A stretch of 34,447 nucleotides of DNA from an uncultured bacterium (GTDB lineage: Bacteria; CAZSTA01): positions 1 to 34,447 of the forward strand of contig CAZSTA010000015.1 in assembly GCA_964609495.1 (NCBI GenBank), in the 5' to 3' direction. Both the position numbers and the translations under genes were made by a program. Position 1 is the first letter of the stretch, and every line of letters starts with the position of its first letter. The notes beneath the pieces were generated by a model. It worked only from the letters and a program-made list of their open reading frames with translations. It searched no databases and was not told the origin of the DNA. Shown here in pieces: positions 1 through 7,840 of this stretch.

Positions 1-187
1 CTACCTCATCGGGGAAGTGAACTGCCACCGAGATAGCGGTATTTAATCCGCTGAAGTCAACTCCACTCAATTCCCTCACATAATCAAGAGCCGAGGAGAC
101 ATCAGCTATCCCTACCAAGTTACCACCTAGCTCTAAAGCTTTGGACTTTATCTGCGTTGTTAGATCGATATCAGTATATATCTTCAT
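1..187 (-). CDS. N-terminal part of an epoxyqueuosine reductase (QueG)-like / 4Fe-4S protein; runs off the window
   Basis: Not in the ORF track. ATG at 187 with AGGAAGG RBS (191-197); open to position 1; reads MKIYTDIDLTTQIKSKALELGGNLVGIADVS...LNTAISVAVHFPDEV, matching the 'IKxxAxxLGxxLVGIA...AIS' N-terminus of QueG-like proteins. Confidence 0.55.
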   Translation of the reverse strand, partial: MKIYTDIDLTTQIKSKALELGGNLVGIADVSSALDYVRELSGVDFSGLNTAISVAVHFPDEV

Positions 188-201
188 AATCCTTCCTGTT
201 A

Positions 202-258
202 TTCCCCCCTCTCCCTGGCCCTCTCCCACGAGGGGAGAGGGAACGTAATCGAGAGAAG
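202..258 (+). repeat. REP-like palindromic unit B, single copy
   Basis: CCCCCTCTCCCTGGCCCTCTCCCACGAGGGGAGAGGGAAC; near-identical to the reverse complements of 22904-22944 and 13014-13055. Confidence 0.85.
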
Positions 259-449
259 TTTGTGGATAATGATTTATAGATTATGCTCCATAATATACTC
301 CTGATTTATCATCTCGATAAATCGGCTTGCCTGTCCTTTGGAAGAAGAGAATCCATAATATCACCACCTTAGGGCATACTTCACCATGATTGAATCTAGA
401 GATATTTATTTCCAGCACTAGAAAGAGTAAGAATAATGAGCGAGAAAAA

Positions 450-1493
450 TTAGCACTTTAATAATGTTTTAAAGATATAATCTAAAAATTTCTGTTTTTC
501 TTCTTCTATAGTTAAAATTTCGGTTAGATTAAAGTACTCTCTTATTGTTTTATCGGATTTTACTCTTGCTTCAACCTCTGAAGTTATACAACTTGCAGCT
601 AAGACTGTTATCACATTGGCATTTTGTCGGATTGCTTCTTCAAAAGATTTTTTAGCCGCTCCATAACGTTCTAGTGCTCCTGCTGGATCAGTGCCTCCCT
701 TCACTTCAATCACCGCAATAGTGGATCCATCTTTATCAATTAGAGATACATCAGGTTCACTTGAAAACAAAATAGATTTCTTGTTTTTTAGCATAAAACC
801 TCTGAACTCACTAACTCTACCAAGTTGTCCTGAGCTGTCTTCTTGATCAAACTTCTCAACTCCAGAATGAAAGTCTCTCAAAAGGAAAGCAGTTAATTGG
901 GATAAATCGATAGCTTCTCTAATTAATATTTTCTGAACAAATTTTTCTGCTTCATCTCCTATCGCATTTCTCCAGGAACCATCAATCTGAGCCCCAGTTG
1001 AGGCGAAAAGTAACCCTTTAATATGTTCATTATTAAATCCTTCCAAAGCACTTTCAATAATTAAAGAGATATGTTCATTAAACAACTTCGATAAAGCAAG
1101 TGCTTGAGTTTCGCTCATATCTTTTACACTCTCACCCTCAAATCTAGTAGGGCTTATTCCTACAAGATAACTAACTGACTTTTGCGATAGAGCCGCAACG
1201 TTTCTATAATAAGCTACCAACACAGGATGTTCTCTCAATAATCTCGGATGAGAAAAAACTTGTATAAAACTTAGACTACTCCACTCTATTCGTTCAAAGG
1301 CATCTTTAGTAATTCCCCATTTATTATATCTTTCCCAATCATATTCCTCTGATATAGGTATCAATCGCCGAATGATCTCAGGAAATTCGTAAGTATGATA
1401 TTCATTCAATTTTCTATAGAAGAATGTTGATCTTAATCTGTAATTAATTCTATGAGCTTCAGCTAAAAGTTCTTTTCGTTCTTCTTTTGTCAT
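450..1493 (-). CDS. Type II restriction endonuclease, XcyI-like (related to BsoBI/AvaI enzymes)
   Basis: Motifs GAQIDGSWRNAIG, SEPDV and IEVKGGTDPAGALER (PD...ExK core). Real start is probably ATG 1493 (MTKEERK), 1 nt after the MTase stop; 347 aa; visibly AT-rich. Confidence 0.75.
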   Translation of the reverse strand: MTKEERKELLAEAHRINYRLRSTFFYRKLNEYHTYEFPEIIRRLIPISEEYDWERYNKWGITKDAFERIEWSSLSFIQVFSHPRLLREHPVLVAYYRNVAALSQKSVSYLVGISPTRFEGESVKDMSETQALALSKLFNEHISLIIESALEGFNNEHIKGLLFASTGAQIDGSWRNAIGDEAEKFVQKILIREAIDLSQLTAFLLRDFHSGVEKFDQEDSSGQLGRVSEFRGFMLKNKKSILFSSEPDVSLIDKDGSTIAVIEVKGGTDPAGALERYGAAKKSFEEAIRQNANVITVLAASCITSEVEARVKSDKTIREYFNLTEILTIEEEKQKFLDYIFKTLLKC

Positions 1494-1494
1494 T

Positions 1495-2886
1495 CTATTT
1501 CTCCCAGTAATATACGCATTTTCGTAATTCCTCTCTACCATAAGCACCCATTTGCTGGCTACTATTACCTTTCCCACCCGGGAGTTTGTATATCTTTTTG
1601 ATCTTCAGATCTGCCTCTCTGGCAAATTCCGATAAAATTAAATTTACCGGAATAGTTTCTCCCGCATATCTAACATTATCATTTACGTAATAAATTCTAC
1701 CGCCTCTCTTTAACAATCGAGCCATTTCAAAAATAACAAAAGAATGTTCGTAAAAGTAGTTTTTTACCATTCGGTAGATTCCAGGGTTGTTGAGTTTCCT
1801 TTGCTCTTTATACTGCCCCAGTATTGTAAGAACCTCTTGTAGGGCTTTATTTGATTTAAACGCCTCTTCGGCATCTTTAAATAAATCTAATTGGTCATTT
1901 TTCTTATAGATATCCTTTAAAAAGTCTATCTTATCCTTATTTTCAACAGTACACGAAAGTAAGCTCTGTCTCAATCTCTTAATCCCCTCTTCCCCAATTC
2001 CAAGAAACACTAACTCCAAGGCGTAAGTTCTTGTATAGTCATAGCGGTTGCAATAAGGTGGAGAAGAAATTATCAGATCAAACGATTCCTCTTCTAGTGA
2101 TGGTAATATCTCAAGACAAGAGCCAGTCTTAAGTTCTATCTTCGCATTACTGTTTCTAGAAAAGAGTAAAACATTACTAATATCTGATACAATCTGATTT
2201 AATTTACCCAAAAGGGCCTCTTCAAAGGAATATATTTTACCTTTGTTAAACTTAGTTTTGCCTTTTTTGGCTCGATAGTCCCACCTAAGATACTGACCAT
2301 CTTTTCGAGTATAACTAATTTCTTCAAGAATGCAAAAACAAGAGAATCTTAAAATTTGTTTGATATTTTCATCTTCGACTTCTTCATTGATATATTTGAG
2401 AAATGCATTAAGTTTATGCTCTGCCTCTTCGGAAAACGCTTCATTAGTGATCGTAATATGTTTAAAACTTGTTTCCTCATCAATCGGTAGTTTTATGAAA
2501 TCAATCTTTTCTATTTTACTGATAGTTTCTAGGAGAGCATCTAGTTTCGCATTATCTATAGCTTTTCTTGATTTCAAAATAAAATCTCCTATGGAGAGTA
2601 ATTCAACTCCAAGAGAATCAAATCCCATTTCGCTTGCAGAAAATAAAGTGGTCCCGGAACCTGAAAAGGGATCTAATATTCGGCCAGAATCTTTAGGATA
2701 GTCCCGAATAAACATTTTAACCATTTGAGAAGAAAATCCTTCTCTAAAGGAGAACCAATTGTAAAATGGAATATCTTTATTTGCTTGAAAGCTAACAAGT
2801 TTTCGATTCAATGATGGATTTACTTCGATAAGCTCTTTATACTTATTTTCTAAATTTTCTCTATGTACTCTACTTACCTTTGTCAT
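1495..2886 (-). CDS. N4-cytosine DNA methyltransferase, alpha motif order (M.BsoBI/M.AvaI-like)
   Basis: Motif I ILDPFSGSGTT precedes motif IV SSPPY; SPPYCNRYDYTRTYALEL and N-terminal VSFQANK...EGFS; GAGGTG RBS; tightly coupled to the REase. Confidence 0.9.
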   Translation of the reverse strand: MTKVSRVHRENLENKYKELIEVNPSLNRKLVSFQANKDIPFYNWFSFREGFSSQMVKMFIRDYPKDSGRILDPFSGSGTTLFSASEMGFDSLGVELLSIGDFILKSRKAIDNAKLDALLETISKIEKIDFIKLPIDEETSFKHITITNEAFSEEAEHKLNAFLKYINEEVEDENIKQILRFSCFCILEEISYTRKDGQYLRWDYRAKKGKTKFNKGKIYSFEEALLGKLNQIVSDISNVLLFSRNSNAKIELKTGSCLEILPSLEEESFDLIISSPPYCNRYDYTRTYALELVFLGIGEEGIKRLRQSLLSCTVENKDKIDFLKDIYKKNDQLDLFKDAEEAFKSNKALQEVLTILGQYKEQRKLNNPGIYRMVKNYFYEHSFVIFEMARLLKRGGRIYYVNDNVRYAGETIPVNLILSEFAREADLKIKKIYKLPGGKGNSSQQMGAYGREELRKCVYYWEK

Positions 2887-2978
2887 ATTATCACCTCATA
2901 AATAAGTAGGTTTCATCGCCTCACATATCTCTATTTTCCGCCCCTTAAACCGAAACTTTAATCCGACTTTTTCTTATT

Positions 2979-3006
2979 ATTATATAGCAACTGGGGAAAA
3001 AGTCAA
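2979..3006 (-). promoter_or_regulatory. Putative sigmaA promoter for the RM operon
   Basis: Minus-strand TTGACT-16 nt-TATAAT, about 90 nt upstream of the MTase start. Confidence 0.55.
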
Positions 3007-3063
3007 GTAGTTATTTGACTGGATGGATTTTTAAGGAGATATGGTGAAACTTCGATTATTTTA

Positions 3064-3092
3064 TCGACAAATACGATCTCTTATGGTATAAT
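3064..3092 (+). promoter_or_regulatory. Putative sigmaA promoter for the DUF4384 lipoprotein
   Basis: TCGACA-17 nt-TATAAT with extended TGn. Confidence 0.6.
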
Positions 3093-3157
3093 ATGGCTAT
3101 GAGGTCATCAAGAGTATGTTTGAGGAAGAATTTATATTAAATCAAGGAGGGAGTAAG

Positions 3158-3724
3158 ATGTCAATCAGAAGGATCTCAAAACTTCTCATAGCTCTATCGT
3201 TGTTGATCATAGCGATTGTGATCACAACTAGCTGCTCAGTTCAAGTCAAGGAAGAACCTATAGAACCTATAAAAATTAAGATTGCTGATTTTTACGTTGA
3301 TATATGGGTAAATAGAGGCGAAGGCTCAACCTACTATGTTGGAGAGAGCATAAAGATAAACTTCCGCGCGAGTAAAGATGCCTATGTTACTATCTATGAT
3401 TATGATACGGCTGGATACGTTCGTCAGATCTTCCCCAACTGGTATCATAAGAGCAATTTTGTTCAAGCCCACAGGGTATATTCTATCCCTGGAGCAGGAT
3501 ATACTCTTGAAATAGACGGACCTGCAGGTCGAGAGGAACTTCGCATTGTCGCTGTCCTGAGCCGCTCTTCAGCTTTCATTGATTATGGTTTCTCTGCTAG
3601 TAAGGTATATCCTAGAGTTAGTTCCTCTCATTCGGGTTTCAGTTCCAGCCTTCGGGTCAGGTTGAGCTCGGTTCCCAACGAAGAGTGGGCTGAAGATACA
3701 ACCCATTTCTATATCTCTTATTAA
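3158..3724 (+). CDS. DUF4384-domain lipoprotein
   Basis: AAGGAGG RBS before ATG 3158; signal peptide with lipobox ITTSC; VDIWVNRGEGSTYYVGE...DAYV...IFPN...GPAGREEL pattern typical of DUF4384. Confidence 0.75.
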   Translation: MSIRRISKLLIALSLLIIAIVITTSCSVQVKEEPIEPIKIKIADFYVDIWVNRGEGSTYYVGESIKINFRASKDAYVTIYDYDTAGYVRQIFPNWYHKSNFVQAHRVYSIPGAGYTLEIDGPAGREELRIVAVLSRSSAFIDYGFSASKVYPRVSSSHSGFSSSLRVRLSSVPNEEWAEDTTHFYISY

Positions 3725-3737
3725 TCAAGATAGATAT

Positions 3738-3789
3738 ACCTCACCTCTCTGCTCCCTTCTCCTCTCCGGAGGGGGACTAGGGGTGAGGT
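3738..3789. repeat. REP-like hairpin variant between convergent genes; may act as a terminator
   Basis: ACCTCACCTCT...AGGGGTGAGGT inverted repeat with a GC-rich inner stem. Confidence 0.6.
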
Positions 3790-3794
3790 TCAGT

Positions 3795-6191
3795 TTATCT
3801 TAAACGAGCGCCCAACCTCTCCTCCAACTCCTTCAAGATCGCCTGGTGAACCTCGTCTATCTCCTCATCTTTTAAGGTTCTATCGCTAGCTCGATAAGTG
3901 AGCGAGAAAGCCAAGCTCTTGTATCCTGAAGGGACTTGCTCTCCTTGATACACATCAAATAGCCTCAGCCCCTCCAAGATATCGCCTGCGGAGTTAGCTA
4001 TCGACTTCTCAACTTGCTCGGCAGTTACCGAAAGCGGGACTAAGAGAGCCATATCTCTGCTAACTTTGGGATATCTGGAGAGAGCTTGGAACTCCTTCTC
4101 CTCAGATGCGCAGGAGAGGATGATTTCCGCATTCAACTCGAATACATAAACCCCAGTTGGAAGCTCATAAGCCTCCGCTACTTCAGGATGCAACTCGCCC
4201 AAGAAACCTAGAACTTCATCTCCAACCTTTACTTCCGCTGAGTGTCCGGGATGAAGGGGCCTGCGATTCGAGGGATGAAAGGTGTATCCCTCCACTCCCA
4301 ATCCATTCAATAGCGTCTCGATTATCCCCTTCACCGAGAAGAAATCTATCGGAGATAGCTTTCTATCCCAGAGTCCGCTCTGCTCCATCCCTACCAAAGA
4401 GGCACCTATATTGTAATGTTCTTCAGGTATATCATCACCCTGAGCGAGGAAGACTTTCCCTATCTCAAAGATGGGGATATCGTTTATCTCCTGGCGAAGA
4501 TTAAAGGATACTACATCTAAGAGGGGAGGAATAAGGCTGGTGCGAAGGATGTTGAACTCTTCCCTCATTGGATTCTGAATACCCTTAGCCCGACGCCACT
4601 CATCATCTTCTGCTAAACGGAGTTTACCGAAGACAGAAGGATTGGTGAAGCTATAGGAATTAACCTCGGTCATTCCACAAGATACGAGTATATTCCTCGT
4701 CTTTCTACGCAACTCCTGCCACCTAGTTCTTCTAGCAGGGGGGAAGTCTCCTCTCAGCAGAGTAGTGCCTATCCGATCGTATCCATAAGCCCTGGCTACC
4801 TCCTCTATCAAATCAGCCTCTATCTTTACATCTCCCCTGAAAGTAGGAACGGTGACTTTTAAAACCTCTTGATCCTCCTCCACCTCGAAGTTAAGATCTC
4901 GTAAGTAACCTATTATCTCTTCTTTTGACAGATTTGTGTCTAATAGAGCGTTAGCTCTCTCTGGACGAAGAAGGACGATAGACGGCTCGAACTCGCATAT
5001 CCTCTCATCTATCACTCCGGCCAAGATCGAACCTCCCGCGGTTTCCTTGATCAACTGAGCGACCCTATTCAAAGCTCTGACCACTCCTCTGGGATCGATC
5101 CCCCACTCGAAACGACGAGCCGCTTCGGAAGGCAGGGATAATCTTCTCTCAGTGCGGCGAATGCTGATAGGATTGAAATAAGCCGCCTCTAAGAAGACAT
5201 CTTCGGTATCTTCTTTTATCTCCGTATCCAAGCCTCCCATCACTCCTGCCAGTGCTATAGCTCTCTCCGGGTCAGCGATGACCAACACCTCAGAATCAAG
5301 CTCTCTATCCACCCCATCTAGAGTGATCAGCCTCTCACCAGGCAATGCTCTTCTCACGATGATCCTTCTCTCACGCAAAGTGTTATAATCGAAGGCATGA
5401 ATAGGCTGTCCCATCTCCATCATCACATAGTTAGTGCAATCCACCACATTATTGATTGGTCTGATTCCAACAGATCTAAGTCGCTGTCTCATCCATAGAG
5501 GAGAGGGACCTATCGTTACTCCCTTGATTATCCTCCCTGTATAACGGGGACATAGCTCATAATCCTCGATCGTCACCGAAGATAAATTATGTATCGATTC
5601 CCCTTCCTCCAGGATCTCGATCTTCGGCAGTCTCAATTCACCCTTCGTTATCGCTCGGACCTCCCTAGCTACCCCGATTATGCTTAGACAATGAGCGAAA
5701 TTAGATTTAAGATCGAAATCGAACACCTCATCATATAGCTTTGCCGACTCCTTAATATCTGCGCCTATCTCATAATCTCGAGGAAGGATAAGTATCCCGC
5801 TCTCATCCTCTCCTTCCAATCCCAATTCCACTCCCGAGCAGAGCATCCCCTCGGAAGTGACTCCCTTTACATCCGCTCTCTTGATAGTCCTTCCGATTGG
5901 AAGCTCAGCCCCGTTTAAGGCAACCGGGACTTTGTCCCCTTCCCTTATATTCTTAGCTCCACATACTATCTGGTGAAGAGAGCCAGTATTCACCTCACAG
6001 AGATAGAGGTTGGGGTCATTAGGATGAATATCTATCCTCTCGATCTGTCCCACTACTACCCTATCTATCCCTTCCCCCAGAATATCTATAGCATCGAGCT
6101 CTAACCCAGCCATAGTCAAAGCCTCACCCAATTCCTTAATGGGTATGGTTAGATCGACATAATCTCTAAGCCAATTGCAAGAAACAAGCAT
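3795..6191 (-). CDS. pheT: Phenylalanine--tRNA ligase beta subunit
   Basis: 798 aa; QIVCGAKN, SEGMLCS, RPINNVVDCTNYVM, DLIEEVARAYGYD, C-terminal FDX-ACB (KSLAFSLTYR); follows pheS. Confidence 0.98.
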   Translation of the reverse strand: MLVSCNWLRDYVDLTIPIKELGEALTMAGLELDAIDILGEGIDRVVVGQIERIDIHPNDPNLYLCEVNTGSLHQIVCGAKNIREGDKVPVALNGAELPIGRTIKRADVKGVTSEGMLCSGVELGLEGEDESGILILPRDYEIGADIKESAKLYDEVFDFDLKSNFAHCLSIIGVAREVRAITKGELRLPKIEILEEGESIHNLSSVTIEDYELCPRYTGRIIKGVTIGPSPLWMRQRLRSVGIRPINNVVDCTNYVMMEMGQPIHAFDYNTLRERRIIVRRALPGERLITLDGVDRELDSEVLVIADPERAIALAGVMGGLDTEIKEDTEDVFLEAAYFNPISIRRTERRLSLPSEAARRFEWGIDPRGVVRALNRVAQLIKETAGGSILAGVIDERICEFEPSIVLLRPERANALLDTNLSKEEIIGYLRDLNFEVEEDQEVLKVTVPTFRGDVKIEADLIEEVARAYGYDRIGTTLLRGDFPPARRTRWQELRRKTRNILVSCGMTEVNSYSFTNPSVFGKLRLAEDDEWRRAKGIQNPMREEFNILRTSLIPPLLDVVSFNLRQEINDIPIFEIGKVFLAQGDDIPEEHYNIGASLVGMEQSGLWDRKLSPIDFFSVKGIIETLLNGLGVEGYTFHPSNRRPLHPGHSAEVKVGDEVLGFLGELHPEVAEAYELPTGVYVFELNAEIILSCASEEKEFQALSRYPKVSRDMALLVPLSVTAEQVEKSIANSAGDILEGLRLFDVYQGEQVPSGYKSLAFSLTYRASDRTLKDEEIDEVHQAILKELEERLGARLR

Positions 6192-6236
6192 AGAAAAAAC
6201 CTCCTTGTTAAAAAGTTCCTTTATACCCGATTAGTA

Positions 6237-7256
6237 TCAGAACTGCTCGATGAACCTGAGATCGTTATCCACAAAGAGCCTGATGTTATCTATGCCATAG
6301 CGAAGCATAGCGACCCTCTCCAGTCCCACCCCAAAGGCGAAACCGGTATATCTCTCCGAATCGTAGCCTACATTCTCTAAAACCCTAGGGTGAACCATAC
6401 CAGATCCGGCGATCTCTATCCATCCGCTATATTTACAGACGCGACATCCCTTCCCTCCACAGACCATACAATCCATATCAACATCTGCCCCCGGCTCAAC
6501 GAAGGGATAGTAGCTGGGACGGAAACGCATCTTCCTCTTCCGACCAAACATCTGCCGAGTGAACTCGGTCACCACTCCCTTTAGATCGGCAAAGGTTATC
6601 CCCTCATCAACCGCAAGACCCTCAATATGATTGAGCATAAAGAGATGAGTAACATCCACCGCCTCGTAACGATAGCACTTACCCGGACAGATCATCCTAA
6701 CAGGCGGTTTCATCTTCTCCATAGTTCTCACCTGAACTGGGGAGGTATGAGTTCTCAACAAGAGACCCCCGTCTAAATACATCGTATCCCACATATCGCG
6801 GGCAGGATGATCCTTCGGGATATTCAAAGCCTCGAAGTTGTAATAATCGTTCTCTACCTCTGGTCCCTCGGCGATGGAGAAGCCCATCCCCAAGAAGATA
6901 TCCTCTATCTCCTCTAGCACCTGAGTCAGGATATTTAATTTACCCAAGCGCGGTCTTCTCCCAGGGAGAGTTACATCGATCTTCTCCTCGCCCAATCTCA
7001 CCTCCCGCTCTTGCCTCCTCAATTCCTCTCTTCTCTTCTCCAATAATCCCTGTATCTCCTCTTTGACATCATTTGCTAGCTTTCCTACCACCGGCCTTTC
7101 GTCAGGGGAGAGTTTTCCTAAACCTCTCAGAAGCTGAGTTATCTCTCCCTTTTTTCCTAGATAGTGAATTCGCAATCTCTCTAAAGCGTTTGAATCTCCA
7201 GCTTGCTCTATTCTCTCCCTCGCTCGCTCTCGAATCCCAACGAGTTGTTCCTTCAT
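6237..7256 (-). CDS. pheS: Phenylalanine--tRNA ligase alpha subunit
   Basis: [25 protein letters not shown], CxxC-G-CxxC, [24 protein letters not shown]. Confidence 0.97.
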   Translation of the reverse strand: MKEQLVGIRERARERIEQAGDSNALERLRIHYLGKKGEITQLLRGLGKLSPDERPVVGKLANDVKEEIQGLLEKRREELRRQEREVRLGEEKIDVTLPGRRPRLGKLNILTQVLEEIEDIFLGMGFSIAEGPEVENDYYNFEALNIPKDHPARDMWDTMYLDGGLLLRTHTSPVQVRTMEKMKPPVRMICPGKCYRYEAVDVTHLFMLNHIEGLAVDEGITFADLKGVVTEFTRQMFGRKRKMRFRPSYYPFVEPGADVDMDCMVCGGKGCRVCKYSGWIEIAGSGMVHPRVLENVGYDSERYTGFAFGVGLERVAMLRYGIDNIRLFVDNDLRFIEQF

Positions 7257-7280
7257 AATAGGGCTATACCTCCTCTCTGT

Positions 7281-7615
7281 AAAATAAAAATCCCATATCT
7301 CCCTTAGAGGCGAGAGATATGGGACTCACGCGGTACCACTCTAATTGATCGAATTTATCCTGATAATAATTCGATCATCTCAATAGATATACCTATCAGC
7401 ATATCTTCTCAAATAACGGCGAGAATCACCCGACTTCAACCTACTATCCCCTATGATCTAGGAGAATTCAGCTGGCAGCTCCACAGGGAACTTCGATCGC
7501 TCTTATCTTGAGAGTGCTTCCAGCCTAGACACTCTCTCTCTTGTAAAGGAAACTTCTTAACCTTAGTTCCCTTATAAGATGGGGGGCGATCTACTTTCCT
7601 CCTTCTCAGCTTTTA
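7281..7615 (-). ncRNA. T-box riboswitch leader (Phe specifier UUC) with intrinsic terminator
   Basis: T-box AATTAGAGTGGTACCGCG (7346-7329); terminator stem TCCCATATCTC/GAGATATGGGA plus U-tract (~7325-7281); stem I elements AGTAGATCGC, GAGAGAG, GGCTGGAAG, GCGATC-GAAG-TTC (specifier 7490-7488). Confidence 0.93.
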
Positions 7616-7639
7616 AGCAATATTCGGATCTTTGGTTAT

Positions 7640-7668
7640 ATTATACAACAATTCCGCTGATTTGTCAA
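7640..7668 (-). promoter_or_regulatory. sigmaA promoter of the pheST leader
   Basis: Perfect TTGACA-17 nt-TATAAT on the minus strand. Confidence 0.9.
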
Positions 7669-7707
7669 GGGATATTTTGAAAGGGGAAGATACCTCATCT
7701 CTTATCT

Positions 7708-7827
7708 TCAATTTTTCTCTTCGATTGCTCTACTCGATTCCAGAGCAGTCAATAGATTGGCTCCCTCTTCAGCACTGATCGTCCCATCCTGAATCACCTC
7801 TAATATCCTCATTTTTTCCTCGTCTAT
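7708..7827 (-). pseudogene. SHOCT-like (YvlB/LiaX N-terminal type) mini-ORF or truncated gene remnant
   Basis: Reads (I)DEEKMRILEVIQDGTISAEEGANLLTALESSRAIEEKN*; ATA sits where a start is expected (AGGGAA 7 nt upstream); in-frame ATG at 7812 gives 34 aa. Not in the ORF track. Confidence 0.65.
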
Positions 7828-7840
7828 ATGATCGTTCCCT

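Noticed and set aside
245-445. Short minus-strand ORFs between the REase and the QueG-like gene
   Set aside because: Only about 15-30 codon frames with no recognisable motif.
1494-1577. N-terminal extension of the REase ORF in the track
   Set aside because: Overlaps the MTase 3' end; ATG 1493 directly after the MTase stop is more plausible.
3001-3020. Palindrome AGTCAAgtagttatTTGACT as a C-protein box
   Set aside because: Arm order and spacing differ from GACT-N3-AGTC boxes and no controller gene is present; one arm is simply the -35.
5095-5720. PheT deviations (KSNFAH for TPNRxD, FEWG for FERG)
   Set aside because: These motifs vary in some lineages and the editing-site residues are intact; not enough for a separate claim.
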